A stretch of DNA of 64,000 bases. Origin: an uncultured Bordetella sp. (lineage in GTDB: Bacteria > Pseudomonadota > Alphaproteobacteria > Micropepsales > Micropepsaceae). The stretch is from NCBI GenBank assembly GCA_964494505.1, contig CAZBRO010000015.1, positions 27,876 through 91,875 of the forward strand. The letters run 5' to 3'. Position numbers and translations under genes: made by a program. This document shows positions 45,092 through 54,173 of this stretch, in pieces (position 1 is the first letter of the stretch; the number at the start of each line of letters is the position of its first letter). The notes under the pieces were generated by a model, which was not told where the DNA came from, did not search any database, and saw only the letters and a program-made list of their open reading frames with translations.

Positions 45092-48000
45092 CTACCAGGT
45101 CTTGGTCAAAACGACGTTGAACACGCGGCCCACATCGGTCTTGAACTGGTCATAGGCAGTGGGCGTGTGGCCTGAAGTGCCCGGCGCGTATTGGAATGCC
45201 GGGTGCCTGTCCATGATGTTATTGATCACGAAATTGATTTGGATGTTCTTGAGGGAATCTCTCGTGGGCATATCGCCGGTGTTGTAGCCGAACGACAAAT
45301 CGAACGTGTACTGCGATGGCGTTATGCCGGTAAAGCCGGTGATGGCACACGGAAACGTGCCCGTCGGCGTTGTGCCGCCGGCTACGGAGCATTGATTGTT
45401 GACATTGGGGGGCGATGGCTGGGTGGAATAGTAATGGCCCTGATAATTCATAAAGCCCGTCACATCCCACTGCCCGTCACTCCAGCCCAACCGGGCTCGA
45501 TAAGCCATCCGCGGGGCCGTCAACACGCCATTGATAGGAAGTCCACCGATGGAAGCGATGGTGGTCGTTATGGTTTCTATCGGATCCTGGCCCGGAGCGT
45601 TTTGCGTCTTGCTGATATAGTAGGTGCCCACGATTCCGGTATTGAAGGCGCCAAGATCGCCTGCGTCGTAATCGTAGCTTGCCTGCCAGTCGATGCCCGT
45701 GAACTTCTCCGAGCCGTGGTTGATGACGCCCGCGTCGTTGATCCAGTAGATCAGCGTTTTGGCTGCGGGCAAGGCGGATGCATTTCTCGGGTTGAACAAG
45801 ATCGAATCAACCATCGCCTCGAACGGCGCACAGGCGGTTGGGTTGCCGTTGGCCGTGGCGCAGCCCTGATCGTTGGGCAGGCCGATACCGGCCAGATCGC
45901 TCGGAAGAATGTAGGAGAAGCGGCTGTTCGGATCGGAGAAGGTCGATCCGCTTGCGCCGAAGGAGTTCAGCACGTTGTTGATCTTGACGCTGAACCAGGT
46001 CGCCTGAAGGTCGAGCCCCTTCAAGAAGGTGGTCGGCGCGAACTCCCCTCCGAGGACATAGTTGATCGACGTCTCCGGGCCGAGATCGGTCCCGCCGTGG
46101 AAACCGTTGGGCCTGAGGGATTTCAGAGGACCGCCGCCCGGCGAGAGGCCGCCCAGGTTCTTGTTGCAAACACTCGATCCTAACGCCGCCACCAGATCGG
46201 CTGCTGCCGACCCCGGCGTCGCGGCGTTGTTCACGCACGGAAGCGCAAAAGCCGAAGTCCCGAGCTGCAGATTCGTCGGCAGGTTAAAGGCCTGAATATT
46301 ATTCACGTAATCGGCCGAGTATTCGCCTGCCTCGGGGAGCCGGAATGACGAGTTCCACGAGCCTTTGGCACTAAGTCCCAAGAGCTCCGACAACACCCAG
46401 GTGAAGCCCACTTTCGGGTTGCTGGTGTTGCCCTGGAGATCGCCCGAATATTCGTCGTGGCGCCAGGACAATTCGAGATCGAGCCTGTCGATCAGCGGCG
46501 CTTTGAAATTCTCGCCGAAGACCGGCACGTTCAACTGAGCGAACCCCGCCCAGACCTGGAAGGGATTGTAGGCGAGGATCGGCGACAGGACCAAGCTTGG
46601 CGAGCCGGAGTTCACCAAGAGCGTGTTCTTGAAGACGTCGCTTCTATAGTCACCGCCGACAGCAGCCCTGACAGGACCGGCGGGCAGATCGAACAACGGA
46701 CCGTCGAACGTCACGTTGCTTTCGTCGGAAGCGTATTCCGAGTACTCGTTCATGATGCCGCGGATATAGTTCAGCGTATCCGGCGAGTTGCACTGGAAGG
46801 CGGTCGGGTCGCAGAACAGGTTTAGATATGGCACGCCGGCTGGCTTGGTGAATGTCGAGATGCCAGGCGCGGTACCCGATGGGGGCGTCGAGGCGATCGT
46901 CCAGCCCAATGCTGCCGAAACGGCATTCACGTTCGCAAGGTGGGTGTCATCGATACGGGTGTCGTCCCACGTCCGCGCATAATATATGTCGCCGTGCCAG
47001 TTGAGAGGCAGGTCGAATTTCACTCCGGCTTGATAGCGCGCGGCATATTCTTCATAGGCCACGTAGGGGGGGATTTCGATGCCGAGATTATAGGCGACGC
47101 GCAAACCGCTGGGCGCGCCCACGGGATAATAGGGATTGACGGTGGGCACGGCGATCGACTGCAGGAGCAGCGTGTTGACCGGCTTGGCGCTCGTCGGGTT
47201 GAGGATTTGGCCCCGGCGATTGCTGTAGAAACCCTCGCCATAAAGGGTAACCCCCGGAATCAATCTCTGATCGAATGTCGCGGTTGCCGCATTGCGCTGC
47301 TGGCCGCCTTCCTCCTGCGAGATCAATAAGGGGTCGAAGATATTGCGCGTACCGTTGGTGCCGCTATTGGCCGCGACCGCGAAGGTCGACCAGTTCAGCA
47401 CGCCGGGGGCGCTGGAGGGAGCGGTCGGGCCGAGACCATTGTTCAGTGAAGATGCGAAATCGCCGCCGGCGCCGGCCGGAATGGCAAAGCAATTGGTGCA
47501 ATTCCTGCCAAGGCTCGCCTTGAATCCATTGGCCGAATTGGCCGTGGCGCCCACACTGATCGTGCCCGGAATCGAGGAACCGATCGGCGTCAAATCGTCG
47601 AGCCCCCAGGGGCGATAATCGCTGGTGTAAGCCGAATGTTTGCTGCCGGAAACCGGCTTGTCGTCGTACCATTCGTAGCTCAGCGTAATGTCGCCGCCGT
47701 CCCAGGTACGGCCCCATAATTGCGCGGCTTGATAGTGCGTGGGGCCGTCGCCGGCCGCGAAGTTCAGCTGGGTAATCGCGCCGTCATAGCCCCGCCTCAA
47801 AATGACGTTGATCACGCCTGTGACCGCGTCCGATCCGTAAGTCGCCGATGCCCCATCCGCGAGCAGGTCGATGCGATCGACGGCAAGCGAGGGAATCACA
47901 GAAGGGTCATGTAAATTGAGATGATCGCCCTGAATCGGAAAGCGCACACCGTCAACCATCATCAGCGATCGTGGCGCGCGGGCTTCGTCGATGCCGTGAA

Positions 48001-48337
48001 TGTTGATTTGCACCGCTCTCGATTGGTGTCCGCCATTGTTGATGGCGTCCGAGAGTGTGGGAATACTGACGGCGGGAACGTTCTTGAACAGGTCGCCGAT
48101 CTTGGCCGCGCCGGTTGTCTGGAAATCCTGCAGGCTCAGATTCGTCACCGGCACGCCGACCGCAACGGCGCCGTGAATGAGCGATCCCGTTATCAGCACC
48201 TGCTCGGGAGGAGCCTCTGGGCTGACTTGCGCCGTTTGTGCTTGCGCCGTCTGTGCCTGAGCCCCGATGACACTTGCCATCGCAAATAAAGAAGCCGTCC
48301 CCATGAGCGTGGAAATTCTGGACGCAACTGGATTCAT
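45092..48337 (-). CDS. TonB-dependent receptor (TBDR2), large
   Basis: GGGAGGG RBS and a signal peptide. Motifs: PEQVLITGSLIHG, VDRIDLLADGASATYGSDAVTGVINVILRRG. 1081 aa, with C-terminus ...VLTKTW (terminal aromatic). Confidence 0.9.
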   Translation of the reverse strand: MNPVASRISTLMGTASLFAMASVIGAQAQTAQAQTAQVSPEAPPEQVLITGSLIHGAVAVGVPVTNLSLQDFQTTGAAKIGDLFKNVPAVSIPTLSDAINNGGHQSRAVQINIHGIDEARAPRSLMMVDGVRFPIQGDHLNLHDPSVIPSLAVDRIDLLADGASATYGSDAVTGVINVILRRGYDGAITQLNFAAGDGPTHYQAAQLWGRTWDGGDITLSYEWYDDKPVSGSKHSAYTSDYRPWGLDDLTPIGSSIPGTISVGATANSANGFKASLGRNCTNCFAIPAGAGGDFASSLNNGLGPTAPSSAPGVLNWSTFAVAANSGTNGTRNIFDPLLISQEEGGQQRNAATATFDQRLIPGVTLYGEGFYSNRRGQILNPTSAKPVNTLLLQSIAVPTVNPYYPVGAPSGLRVAYNLGIEIPPYVAYEEYAARYQAGVKFDLPLNWHGDIYYARTWDDTRIDDTHLANVNAVSAALGWTIASTPPSGTAPGISTFTKPAGVPYLNLFCDPTAFQCNSPDTLNYIRGIMNEYSEYASDESNVTFDGPLFDLPAGPVRAAVGGDYRSDVFKNTLLVNSGSPSLVLSPILAYNPFQVWAGFAQLNVPVFGENFKAPLIDRLDLELSWRHDEYSGDLQGNTSNPKVGFTWVLSELLGLSAKGSWNSSFRLPEAGEYSADYVNNIQAFNLPTNLQLGTSAFALPCVNNAATPGSAAADLVAALGSSVCNKNLGGLSPGGGPLKSLRPNGFHGGTDLGPETSINYVLGGEFAPTTFLKGLDLQATWFSVKINNVLNSFGASGSTFSDPNSRFSYILPSDLAGIGLPNDQGCATANGNPTACAPFEAMVDSILFNPRNASALPAAKTLIYWINDAGVINHGSEKFTGIDWQASYDYDAGDLGAFNTGIVGTYYISKTQNAPGQDPIETITTTIASIGGLPINGVLTAPRMAYRARLGWSDGQWDVTGFMNYQGHYYSTQPSPPNVNNQCSVAGGTTPTGTFPCAITGFTGITPSQYTFDLSFGYNTGDMPTRDSLKNIQINFVINNIMDRHPAFQYAPGTSGHTPTAYDQFKTDVGRVFNVVLTKTW

Positions 48338-48673
48338 TTTGACCCTCCCCTAGATGACCGTCCTCCCGGATTTTTTTTAGCCGGCTGCCGCCTTCTTATC
48401 TGATTCGCGGCCCCGCAAGTTAAAACGAAAGCAATCGCGCACAAATTATGCGAGGATTACAAATCGAGCAGTGCGAAGGAGCCAGCTTTGGTTGAAGGGG
48501 AGGGCCCGTTGGGTTATCAATCGAGCCTGTTCGTCAGAAACGAGTCACCGCCACTTCTTTGCTTAGGGATCGAAGGATCTATTGAGGTACGGGCGTTCGT
48601 GCAACGACCCGCTCAGTTCGAATCAGAATTGCCAGGCATCTGAGCGGGGTGGCTGCAACCGTCGGGAGGACAC

Positions 48674-49267
48674 GTGATGATTGTCGAACGTCACTTCAAA
48701 CAACTGTTGGTGGCCAGCGGGCTAATGCTGGCGTCGTCGTACATGGTGTTTACTGCGCACGCGGCAGAGGCGCCGACCGGATTCAACGTTACGTCCTCCA
48801 CCTTCACGGATGGCGGGATGATGCCGGCAAGAACCGCCTATACCAAAGCGGCTAATTTTCCCAACTGCGTCGGCCAGAATGTTTCGCCGCAATTGTCGTG
48901 GTCAAAGCCTTATCCGGGGGTCAAGAGCTTCGCGGTCGTGATGTTCGATCTGGAAGATATCCAGAACGATACGGACTTGGTCGCCTACGGCATTCCCGCC
49001 GCGGTCACATCGTTTGCGGAAGGAGAGTTCAGCAAGCCTTCGGACAAATTCGTCGGCGGCAGGGGGAGCCGGGGCGATGCGACGTGGCGGGGGATGTGTC
49101 CGCCGCCGGGCACGGCGCCACACCATTATGCCTTTATTGTCAGAGGCACGGATCTGGACCCGAAGGAGTTGCCGCCGGGTCTGACTTCGGCCGAGTTGGA
49201 TGCGAGGCTGAGGGGGCACCTCAGAGGGACGGCTGCTATTGTCGGTGTGTTCGTGCGGCCGCAATGA
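48674..49267 (+). CDS. secreted PEBP (YbhB/YbcL, Raf-kinase-inhibitor-like) family protein, copy 1
   Basis: Signal peptide. Motifs: NVSPQLSWSKPYPGVKSFAVVMFD, WRGMCPPPGTAPHHYAFIVRGTDLD. GGGAGGA RBS. The start is GTG 48674 or ATG 48677. Confidence 0.85.
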   Translation: MMIVERHFKQLLVASGLMLASSYMVFTAHAAEAPTGFNVTSSTFTDGGMMPARTAYTKAANFPNCVGQNVSPQLSWSKPYPGVKSFAVVMFDLEDIQNDTDLVAYGIPAAVTSFAEGEFSKPSDKFVGGRGSRGDATWRGMCPPPGTAPHHYAFIVRGTDLDPKELPPGLTSAELDARLRGHLRGTAAIVGVFVRPQ

Positions 49268-49332
49268 ATTGACGTCGGCCTTTCCTTCGCGATCAGGCAA
49301 AAGAATGGCATCTCGCCTTCAAGGGAGGAATC

Positions 49333-49959
49333 GTGATGCACGGTAAGCGTCAGTGCAGGCTTCTGTTCGCCGCCGGTGGGCTGGCGCTGGCCTCGTTGTG
49401 TGCGGGCTCGCTTGCGAGCGGCGAGGAACGGCGACTGACCGGTTTCATGCTGACATCCACGTCCTTCAAGGACGGAGGGATGATGCCAGGAAAAGCGGCG
49501 GCCGGTCTTCCTTGCGGCCTCAAAGGGCCAAATATATCGCCTCAACTGGGCTGGTCGAATCCGCCTGCGGGGACCAAGAGTTTCGCGATTGTCGAGTATT
49601 CCGAGGAGGGCGGCGCCGGACTGGGCACATGGATGAACGACTACTCCCATGGAGTCGGCGACGTGAATTTGGTTGTCTATGGCATTCCCGCGAGCGTGAC
49701 GTCCCTTACGGAGGGCGAGCTCAGCAAGCCCTCTCCCAATTACGTTGGCGGCAAGAACCGTTTCGGCCAGACCAATTGGAGGGGGATGTGTGCGCCGCCC
49801 GGGGCCTCGGCGCCGCACCACTATCTCTTCAAGATGTTCGCCACCGACCTTGACCCGAAAGCATTGCCGCCGGGTTTGACGCATCCCGAGCTTGTCAAAA
49901 GGCTCGAAGGTCACGCGCTGGATGCGGCCGTCATTGTCGGCCTCTATACCAATCCATAG
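49333..49959 (+). CDS. secreted PEBP family protein, copy 2
   Basis: Signal peptide. Motifs: NISPQLGWSNPPAGTKSFAIV, WRGMCAPPGASAPHHYLFKMFATDLD. It carries an extra insert (EYSEEGGAGLGTWMNDYSHGVGDVN) relative to copies 1 and 3. Confidence 0.85.
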   Translation: MMHGKRQCRLLFAAGGLALASLCAGSLASGEERRLTGFMLTSTSFKDGGMMPGKAAAGLPCGLKGPNISPQLGWSNPPAGTKSFAIVEYSEEGGAGLGTWMNDYSHGVGDVNLVVYGIPASVTSLTEGELSKPSPNYVGGKNRFGQTNWRGMCAPPGASAPHHYLFKMFATDLDPKALPPGLTHPELVKRLEGHALDAAVIVGLYTNP

Positions 49960-49988
49960 AACTTCGATCTTGCAGGAGGAATGTCGGG

Positions 49989-50594
49989 ATGTTCGGTAAG
50001 CGCCAGACGAAATTTGCCGTAGGCGCCGGAGCGGCTGTACTGGCTGTTTCGGCCATCGCCCCCGGCACGAAAGCCGTAGAAGCCCCGCCCCAGACCGGTT
50101 TCATGATGACATCTGCAACGTTCAAAGACGGCGAGATGTTGCCCGCCAGGATCGCATTCACGAAGACTGCCCAGGTTCCCTTCTGTGTCGGCGAAAATAT
50201 ATCGCCGCAATTGGCGTGGTCGAATCCGCCGCCGGGAGTCAAAAGCTACGCGCTGACCATGGTCGACCAGGAAGGTGGCGGCGGGGTTGGCGATTTCGAT
50301 CTGGTGGCCTATGGCATTCCAGCCAACGTGACGTCCTTCGCGGAAGGCGACCTGAACAAGCCTTCCGACAAATTCGTCGGCGGCAAGAATGTCTGGAACA
50401 CTTTCACCTGGCGTGGAATGTGTCCACCGGCCGGGACGGCGCCGCATCATTACGTGTTCAAGGTTGTCGCAACCGATCTCGACCCGAAAGATTTGCCGCC
50501 CGGCCTGACCTATGAGGAGCTGCAAGGCCGAATTAAGGGGCACGCAAAAGGCGCGACGGCGCTTGTCGGGACTTTCGTACGGCCGAAGATCTGA
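49989..50594 (+). CDS. secreted PEBP family protein, copy 3
   Basis: AGGAGGA RBS and a signal peptide. Motifs: NISPQLAWSNPPPGVKSYALTMVD, WRGMCPPAGTAPHHYVFKVVATDLD. Confidence 0.85.
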   Translation: MFGKRQTKFAVGAGAAVLAVSAIAPGTKAVEAPPQTGFMMTSATFKDGEMLPARIAFTKTAQVPFCVGENISPQLAWSNPPPGVKSYALTMVDQEGGGGVGDFDLVAYGIPANVTSFAEGDLNKPSDKFVGGKNVWNTFTWRGMCPPAGTAPHHYVFKVVATDLDPKDLPPGLTYEELQGRIKGHAKGATALVGTFVRPKI

Positions 50595-50751
50595 CGACGC
50601 TCCGCGGACGCAGGGAACGGGGTCCCCGCCGTGCCGGGTTCCGATTGTATCCTTTCAGATCGACGTTGGCGGCGAACAAGTGCGCGCGATGGGATATTTC
50701 TATCGGCGCTCGCCGGCGTTTGAGAGTGCGCTCTTTGTGTCTTCCACGAAA

Positions 50752-51567
50752 TCAGGAACCACGCTCCAATTCCGCCATGTGGCGCGCCGACGCCCGTTCC
50801 AGCTCCGGTATGAGAGTCGCGACCGAATCGATAATGAGGTCGGCTCCAGCGTCGAGCAGCCCCTGCCGTGCGATCGCGATCCGGTTGGCGCGTTCGGACG
50901 AGGACAAGCCCTGAAAGGCCTCCAGCGAAAGCCCGAGTGCGTTGCCGGATGCAACCCCGACCGTAAACACGCCAGCGGCCTTGCCTTCTGCGATTCCCAC
51001 TTCCGCGTCGTCTACTTTGACGACCCGTGACAACGGCCAAACACCGAGGTCCACGCAGGCTTTGTAAATCATCAGGGGCGAAGGCCGGCCCGCCGCGGTC
51101 TCGCCGGAGCACACAACATGCTCCGGCACATAACCCTGCTCGGCTGCCTGTGCCAGAACAGGCTCCATCATGTCGCGCGTATATCCGGTGGACGAGGCAA
51201 TTCTGAGACCGGCAGCACGCAACTGATCGAAAGTGTCCCGCGCCCCGGGGATCAGGGTGGACGCGCGCGTCGCGTGCTCACGCATCAGCGGCCCGAGACG
51301 CGTCATGATTCTCTCCATGTCGCTGTCATCGGCGGCGCGACCGTGGCGAGCCTGCCAGGCGGCCGCCACCGAAGGGTCCATCATAAGGCTGCGCACATGA
51401 TCCCGCTTTGCCTTGCCCATATCCCGGCGCGCGGCAGCTTCGTCGATGAGCACGCCCTCGGCATCGAACGCCTCGATCAGGGCCTTGACCGGCGCCTCGC
51501 ACCCGAAGTCGACCATCGTGCCAGCCCAATCGAAGATGACCAGATCGTAGTGATCCTTGAGACTCAT
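50752..51567 (-). CDS. phnX: phosphonoacetaldehyde hydrolase (phosphonatase)
   Basis: DLVIFDWAGTMVDFGCEAPV...RRDMGKAKRDHVRSL...SSTGYTRDMM...GRPSPLMIYKA...VKVDDAEVGIAEGKAAG is collinear with the characterised PhnX blocks (FDWAGT nucleophile motif, MG..K.DH Schiff-base Lys region, STGYTR, GRP.P.M). ATGA overlap with the upstream gene. Confidence 0.9.
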   Translation of the reverse strand: MSLKDHYDLVIFDWAGTMVDFGCEAPVKALIEAFDAEGVLIDEAAARRDMGKAKRDHVRSLMMDPSVAAAWQARHGRAADDSDMERIMTRLGPLMREHATRASTLIPGARDTFDQLRAAGLRIASSTGYTRDMMEPVLAQAAEQGYVPEHVVCSGETAAGRPSPLMIYKACVDLGVWPLSRVVKVDDAEVGIAEGKAAGVFTVGVASGNALGLSLEAFQGLSSSERANRIAIARQGLLDAGADLIIDSVATLIPELERASARHMAELERGS

Positions 51568-52700
51568 GCTGCTCCTCCCGCGTCAAAGAAACTGGCAATC
51601 AATTCCTCGCCGATCGCAAAACCCGTGGACGCCCCCGCGCCACAGGTGACAATCCCAATACGAACCGATGCTTCAGGCGCGTCGATCAAAACGGGACGAT
51701 CCGCGGCAGATGCGTAGGTGCCGATCCAGCGCTCCAGCACCGGCGGCGGCTCAATTCCCAGCGCAGCGGCGAACTCCCCGAGGATCAGCGCGTCAACCTC
51801 ATGATGCGAGAACGGGTCAGGGGTCGCGGCGTAATGATGGCTGTCCCCCACCACGAGACTGCCATCCGCACTTTGCACAACGATAAGATGGACGCCGTGC
51901 TTGATGTGGTCTGCTTGATCGCTGGCAAGACGCGCTTTGAGCGGTACGGCGGCATCCAGATCCGAATAGCCGTGGTATCGCCCGAGTCCAAGATCGGACA
52001 TAACGGCGCCCGGAAGCTTGAACCCTGGATCGGCAAGCCGCAACATTTGCAATTTGCAGCGCGTGAGCCTGTATGCGCTGAGGCGCTCCGCATACAGACC
52101 GTTGAAGTCGTCGCCGGGACATACCGCTGCCCGATCCGCCTGCACCGTGCCGCGCGAGGTATGCACCTGTGGCATTTCGATCGAGGTTACGGCGGCCGCG
52201 CGCAGGAACGTGACACCGTGGGCTTCGGCAAGCCACGCTGCAAGACGCGGAATCGCCTCCTTCGACTCGACGCGCAACTCGACCGAGCTTTCGAGAATCG
52301 CCAGCGTGTCCGGCGCAGCGATCTGCGGGCAGCGACGGCGCGCCTCCGCAGGCTCGAGCAAACGGCATCCCGCGGCCATTTCCGTCTCCATGAACGCGCG
52401 CAGGACATCCACGGATTCCGGGCGTCGGGCGATCATCCAGAGGCCCGTTTGCAGGATTGCAATGCCGGCTGCGGGGGCTATTTCTCGCCACACCTCGCGA
52501 CTGCGACGCGCGCGTGCCCACATCGCCCCGCGTTCCTGCCCGGTCACGGTGACAAAACCGAAGTTGCGGACAGAGGCTCCGTTCGCTTGGGTGTCGCGGT
52601 CGATTACGATCACGCGCAATCCCCGCCGGACGGCGGCGAACGCCGTGGCCAGACCCACGATGCCTGCGCCTACGACGGCGAGATCAAATCGCTCTGTCAA
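51564..52700 (-). CDS. FAD-dependent amine oxidoreductase of the type recurrent in 2-aminoethylphosphonate clusters (TIGR03364-like)
   Basis: TTG start. FDLAVVGAGIVGLATAFAAVRRGLRVIVIDRD is the GxGxxG dinucleotide fold. About 378 aa, DAO-like. It is translationally coupled to phnX. Confidence 0.85.
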   Translation of the reverse strand: MTERFDLAVVGAGIVGLATAFAAVRRGLRVIVIDRDTQANGASVRNFGFVTVTGQERGAMWARARRSREVWREIAPAAGIAILQTGLWMIARRPESVDVLRAFMETEMAAGCRLLEPAEARRRCPQIAAPDTLAILESSVELRVESKEAIPRLAAWLAEAHGVTFLRAAAVTSIEMPQVHTSRGTVQADRAAVCPGDDFNGLYAERLSAYRLTRCKLQMLRLADPGFKLPGAVMSDLGLGRYHGYSDLDAAVPLKARLASDQADHIKHGVHLIVVQSADGSLVVGDSHHYAATPDPFSHHEVDALILGEFAAALGIEPPPVLERWIGTYASAADRPVLIDAPEASVRIGIVTCGAGASTGFAIGEELIASFFDAGGAA

Positions 52701-52771
52701 ACGCGCCTATCCCTCATAACGACGCCCGATTTCGAGCAGTCAGTACCATTGTTTTCGCTTGCCGATCCATC

Positions 52772-52789
52772 GTGTCATCAGGATGTAAC
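52772..52789 (+). promoter_or_regulatory. Pho-box-like direct repeat in the divergent phosphonate promoter region
   Basis: GTGTCAT-cagg-ATGTAAC has the 7+4+7 architecture of the E. coli PhoB box CTGTCAT-N4-CTGTCAT, with 6/7 and 4/7 matches. It lies 47 nt upstream of the permease ATG. A perfect palindrome TGACATGTCA overlaps that ATG (52832-52841). Confidence 0.3.
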
Positions 52790-52835
52790 GCATAAGCGGC
52801 TTAATGCCGCTTCATTCATCCGTCACAGAGTTGAC

Positions 52836-54140
52836 ATGTCACGAATGCCCGCACACTGGCTCCGCAATGGCTCGTCCATCGCGTTTACAGCCTTCGCTTC
52901 GCTCGCGGGATTCACGGCCTATTTTTCGATGTATGCATTCCGGAAGCCGTTCACGGCTGCAAGTTTCGACGGCGTCGTCGGCTGGCATTACGCTTTGGAC
53001 TTCAAGATCGCTCTGGTGCTCGCTCAGCTCGTCGGCTACGCCGCATCAAAGTTCATTGGCATAAAGGTCATTTCCGGGATGCAGCGGACGTACAGGGCCC
53101 AGGCGATCCTGGGCCTCATCGGTGCGTCCTGGCTCGCGTTGGTTGTATTCGCGGTCGTGCCCGCTGTTTTCAAAGTGCCAGCGATGTTTTTCAATGGGCT
53201 GTGCCTCGGAATGATATGGGGACTGGTATTCTCCTACATGGAAGGCCGGCGGACATCCGAGATTCTGGGCGCGGTGCTTTGCGCGAGTTTCATAGTATCG
53301 TCAGGCGCGGTGAAATCCGTTGGCATATTGCTAATTCAGCTCGTTCATGTGCCGGTGTTCTGGATGCCGGCCGCGACCGGTTTGGTGTTCGTGCCTTTGC
53401 TGTTTCTATCGGTATGGGGCCTTTCGATGTTGCCCCCTCCGAGTGCCGAAGACGAGGCGGCCCGGGTTCGCCGCGCACCAATGAGCGGGCACGAAATACG
53501 TGACTTTCTCCGGGATTATGGCGTGGGCATCGCGCTTCTCGTGGTGCTCTACGTGTTCGTGACTGCTCTGCGCGATTTCCGCGACAACTTCGCCGCTGAG
53601 CTGTGGACGGCCCTCGGATATAGCGATCCTGCTTCGGTATTCACCTCGACGGAGATCGTCGTTGCGGCCGTGGCGCTTGTCGCGATGGGCGTGGTTGTCA
53701 AGGTACGGAGCAACGTGCGCGCGCTGGCCGTCATTCACGGCCTGATAATGGCCGGGCTGGTGCTGCTCGGTGCATCGACCCTGGCCTTCGATGCCGGATG
53801 GTTGGGGCCACTCCCGTGGATGATTGCAAGCGGCGCGGGCCTTTACGTCGTTTACACCCCGTTCAACGCCATGCTGTTCGACCGCATGGTTGCGGTAAGC
53901 GGCCGGGTGGCAAACGCCGGGTTCCTGATATACGTCGCCGACGCCTCCGGTTATGCGGGCAGCTGCGCTTTGTTGCTGTGGCGAAATTTCGGGATGCAGC
54001 ACGTCGAATGGCTGACCGTATTCCGATTATCCGTGTACGCGACGACTTTGGTTGGCCTGTTTCTCGTGACGCTGTCGCTGTATTACTTCAATGGCCGGGC
54101 CCGCATGGCTGTTGCCGTGCCGGCGCTTTCGGGGGCCTGA
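52836..54140 (+). CDS. multi-pass membrane transporter (DUF5690/MFS-like permease type found next to AEP catabolic genes)
   Basis: Only the last 434 codons of the 779-aa track ORF are credible. ATG 52836 gives MSRMPAHWLRNGSSIAFTAFASLAGFTAYFSMYAFRKPF followed by about 12 hydrophobic helices. The upstream part of that ORF is antisense to the FAD oxidoreductase gene. Confidence 0.75.
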   Translation: MSRMPAHWLRNGSSIAFTAFASLAGFTAYFSMYAFRKPFTAASFDGVVGWHYALDFKIALVLAQLVGYAASKFIGIKVISGMQRTYRAQAILGLIGASWLALVVFAVVPAVFKVPAMFFNGLCLGMIWGLVFSYMEGRRTSEILGAVLCASFIVSSGAVKSVGILLIQLVHVPVFWMPAATGLVFVPLLFLSVWGLSMLPPPSAEDEAARVRRAPMSGHEIRDFLRDYGVGIALLVVLYVFVTALRDFRDNFAAELWTALGYSDPASVFTSTEIVVAAVALVAMGVVVKVRSNVRALAVIHGLIMAGLVLLGASTLAFDAGWLGPLPWMIASGAGLYVVYTPFNAMLFDRMVAVSGRVANAGFLIYVADASGYAGSCALLLWRNFGMQHVEWLTVFRLSVYATTLVGLFLVTLSLYYFNGRARMAVAVPALSGA

Positions 54141-54173
54141 GCTGCGGCACGTCGAGGCTGGCGCTGGCACCCG

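Noticed and set aside
48226-48255. 15-bp tandem duplication (cttgcgccgtttgtg / cttgcgccgtctgtg) encoding AQTAQ-AQTAQ just after the TBDR2 signal peptide
   Set aside because: The repeat is real, but it has only two copies in a linker region. It is probably a neutral slippage event, and I saw no evidence of phase variation.
50595-50751. Candidate bidirectional terminator between the convergent PEBP3 and phnX genes (ggaac...gttcc around 50612-50640)
   Set aside because: The pairing is interrupted after 5 bp and no T-tract follows. It is not convincing.
51801-52835. N-terminal 345 codons of the 779-aa track ORF 51801-54140
   Set aside because: This part is antisense to the FAD oxidoreductase gene and crosses the divergent promoter. 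The membrane protein only begins at ATG 52836. Similar over-extended starts were trimmed for 1222, 4649-5170, 5373-7808, 12105, 21575, 28167, 31649, 34194-35330, 35561, 37902-39149, 38917-40029, 40317-40748, 42584, 54174-54794, 59747, 61844 and 62798.
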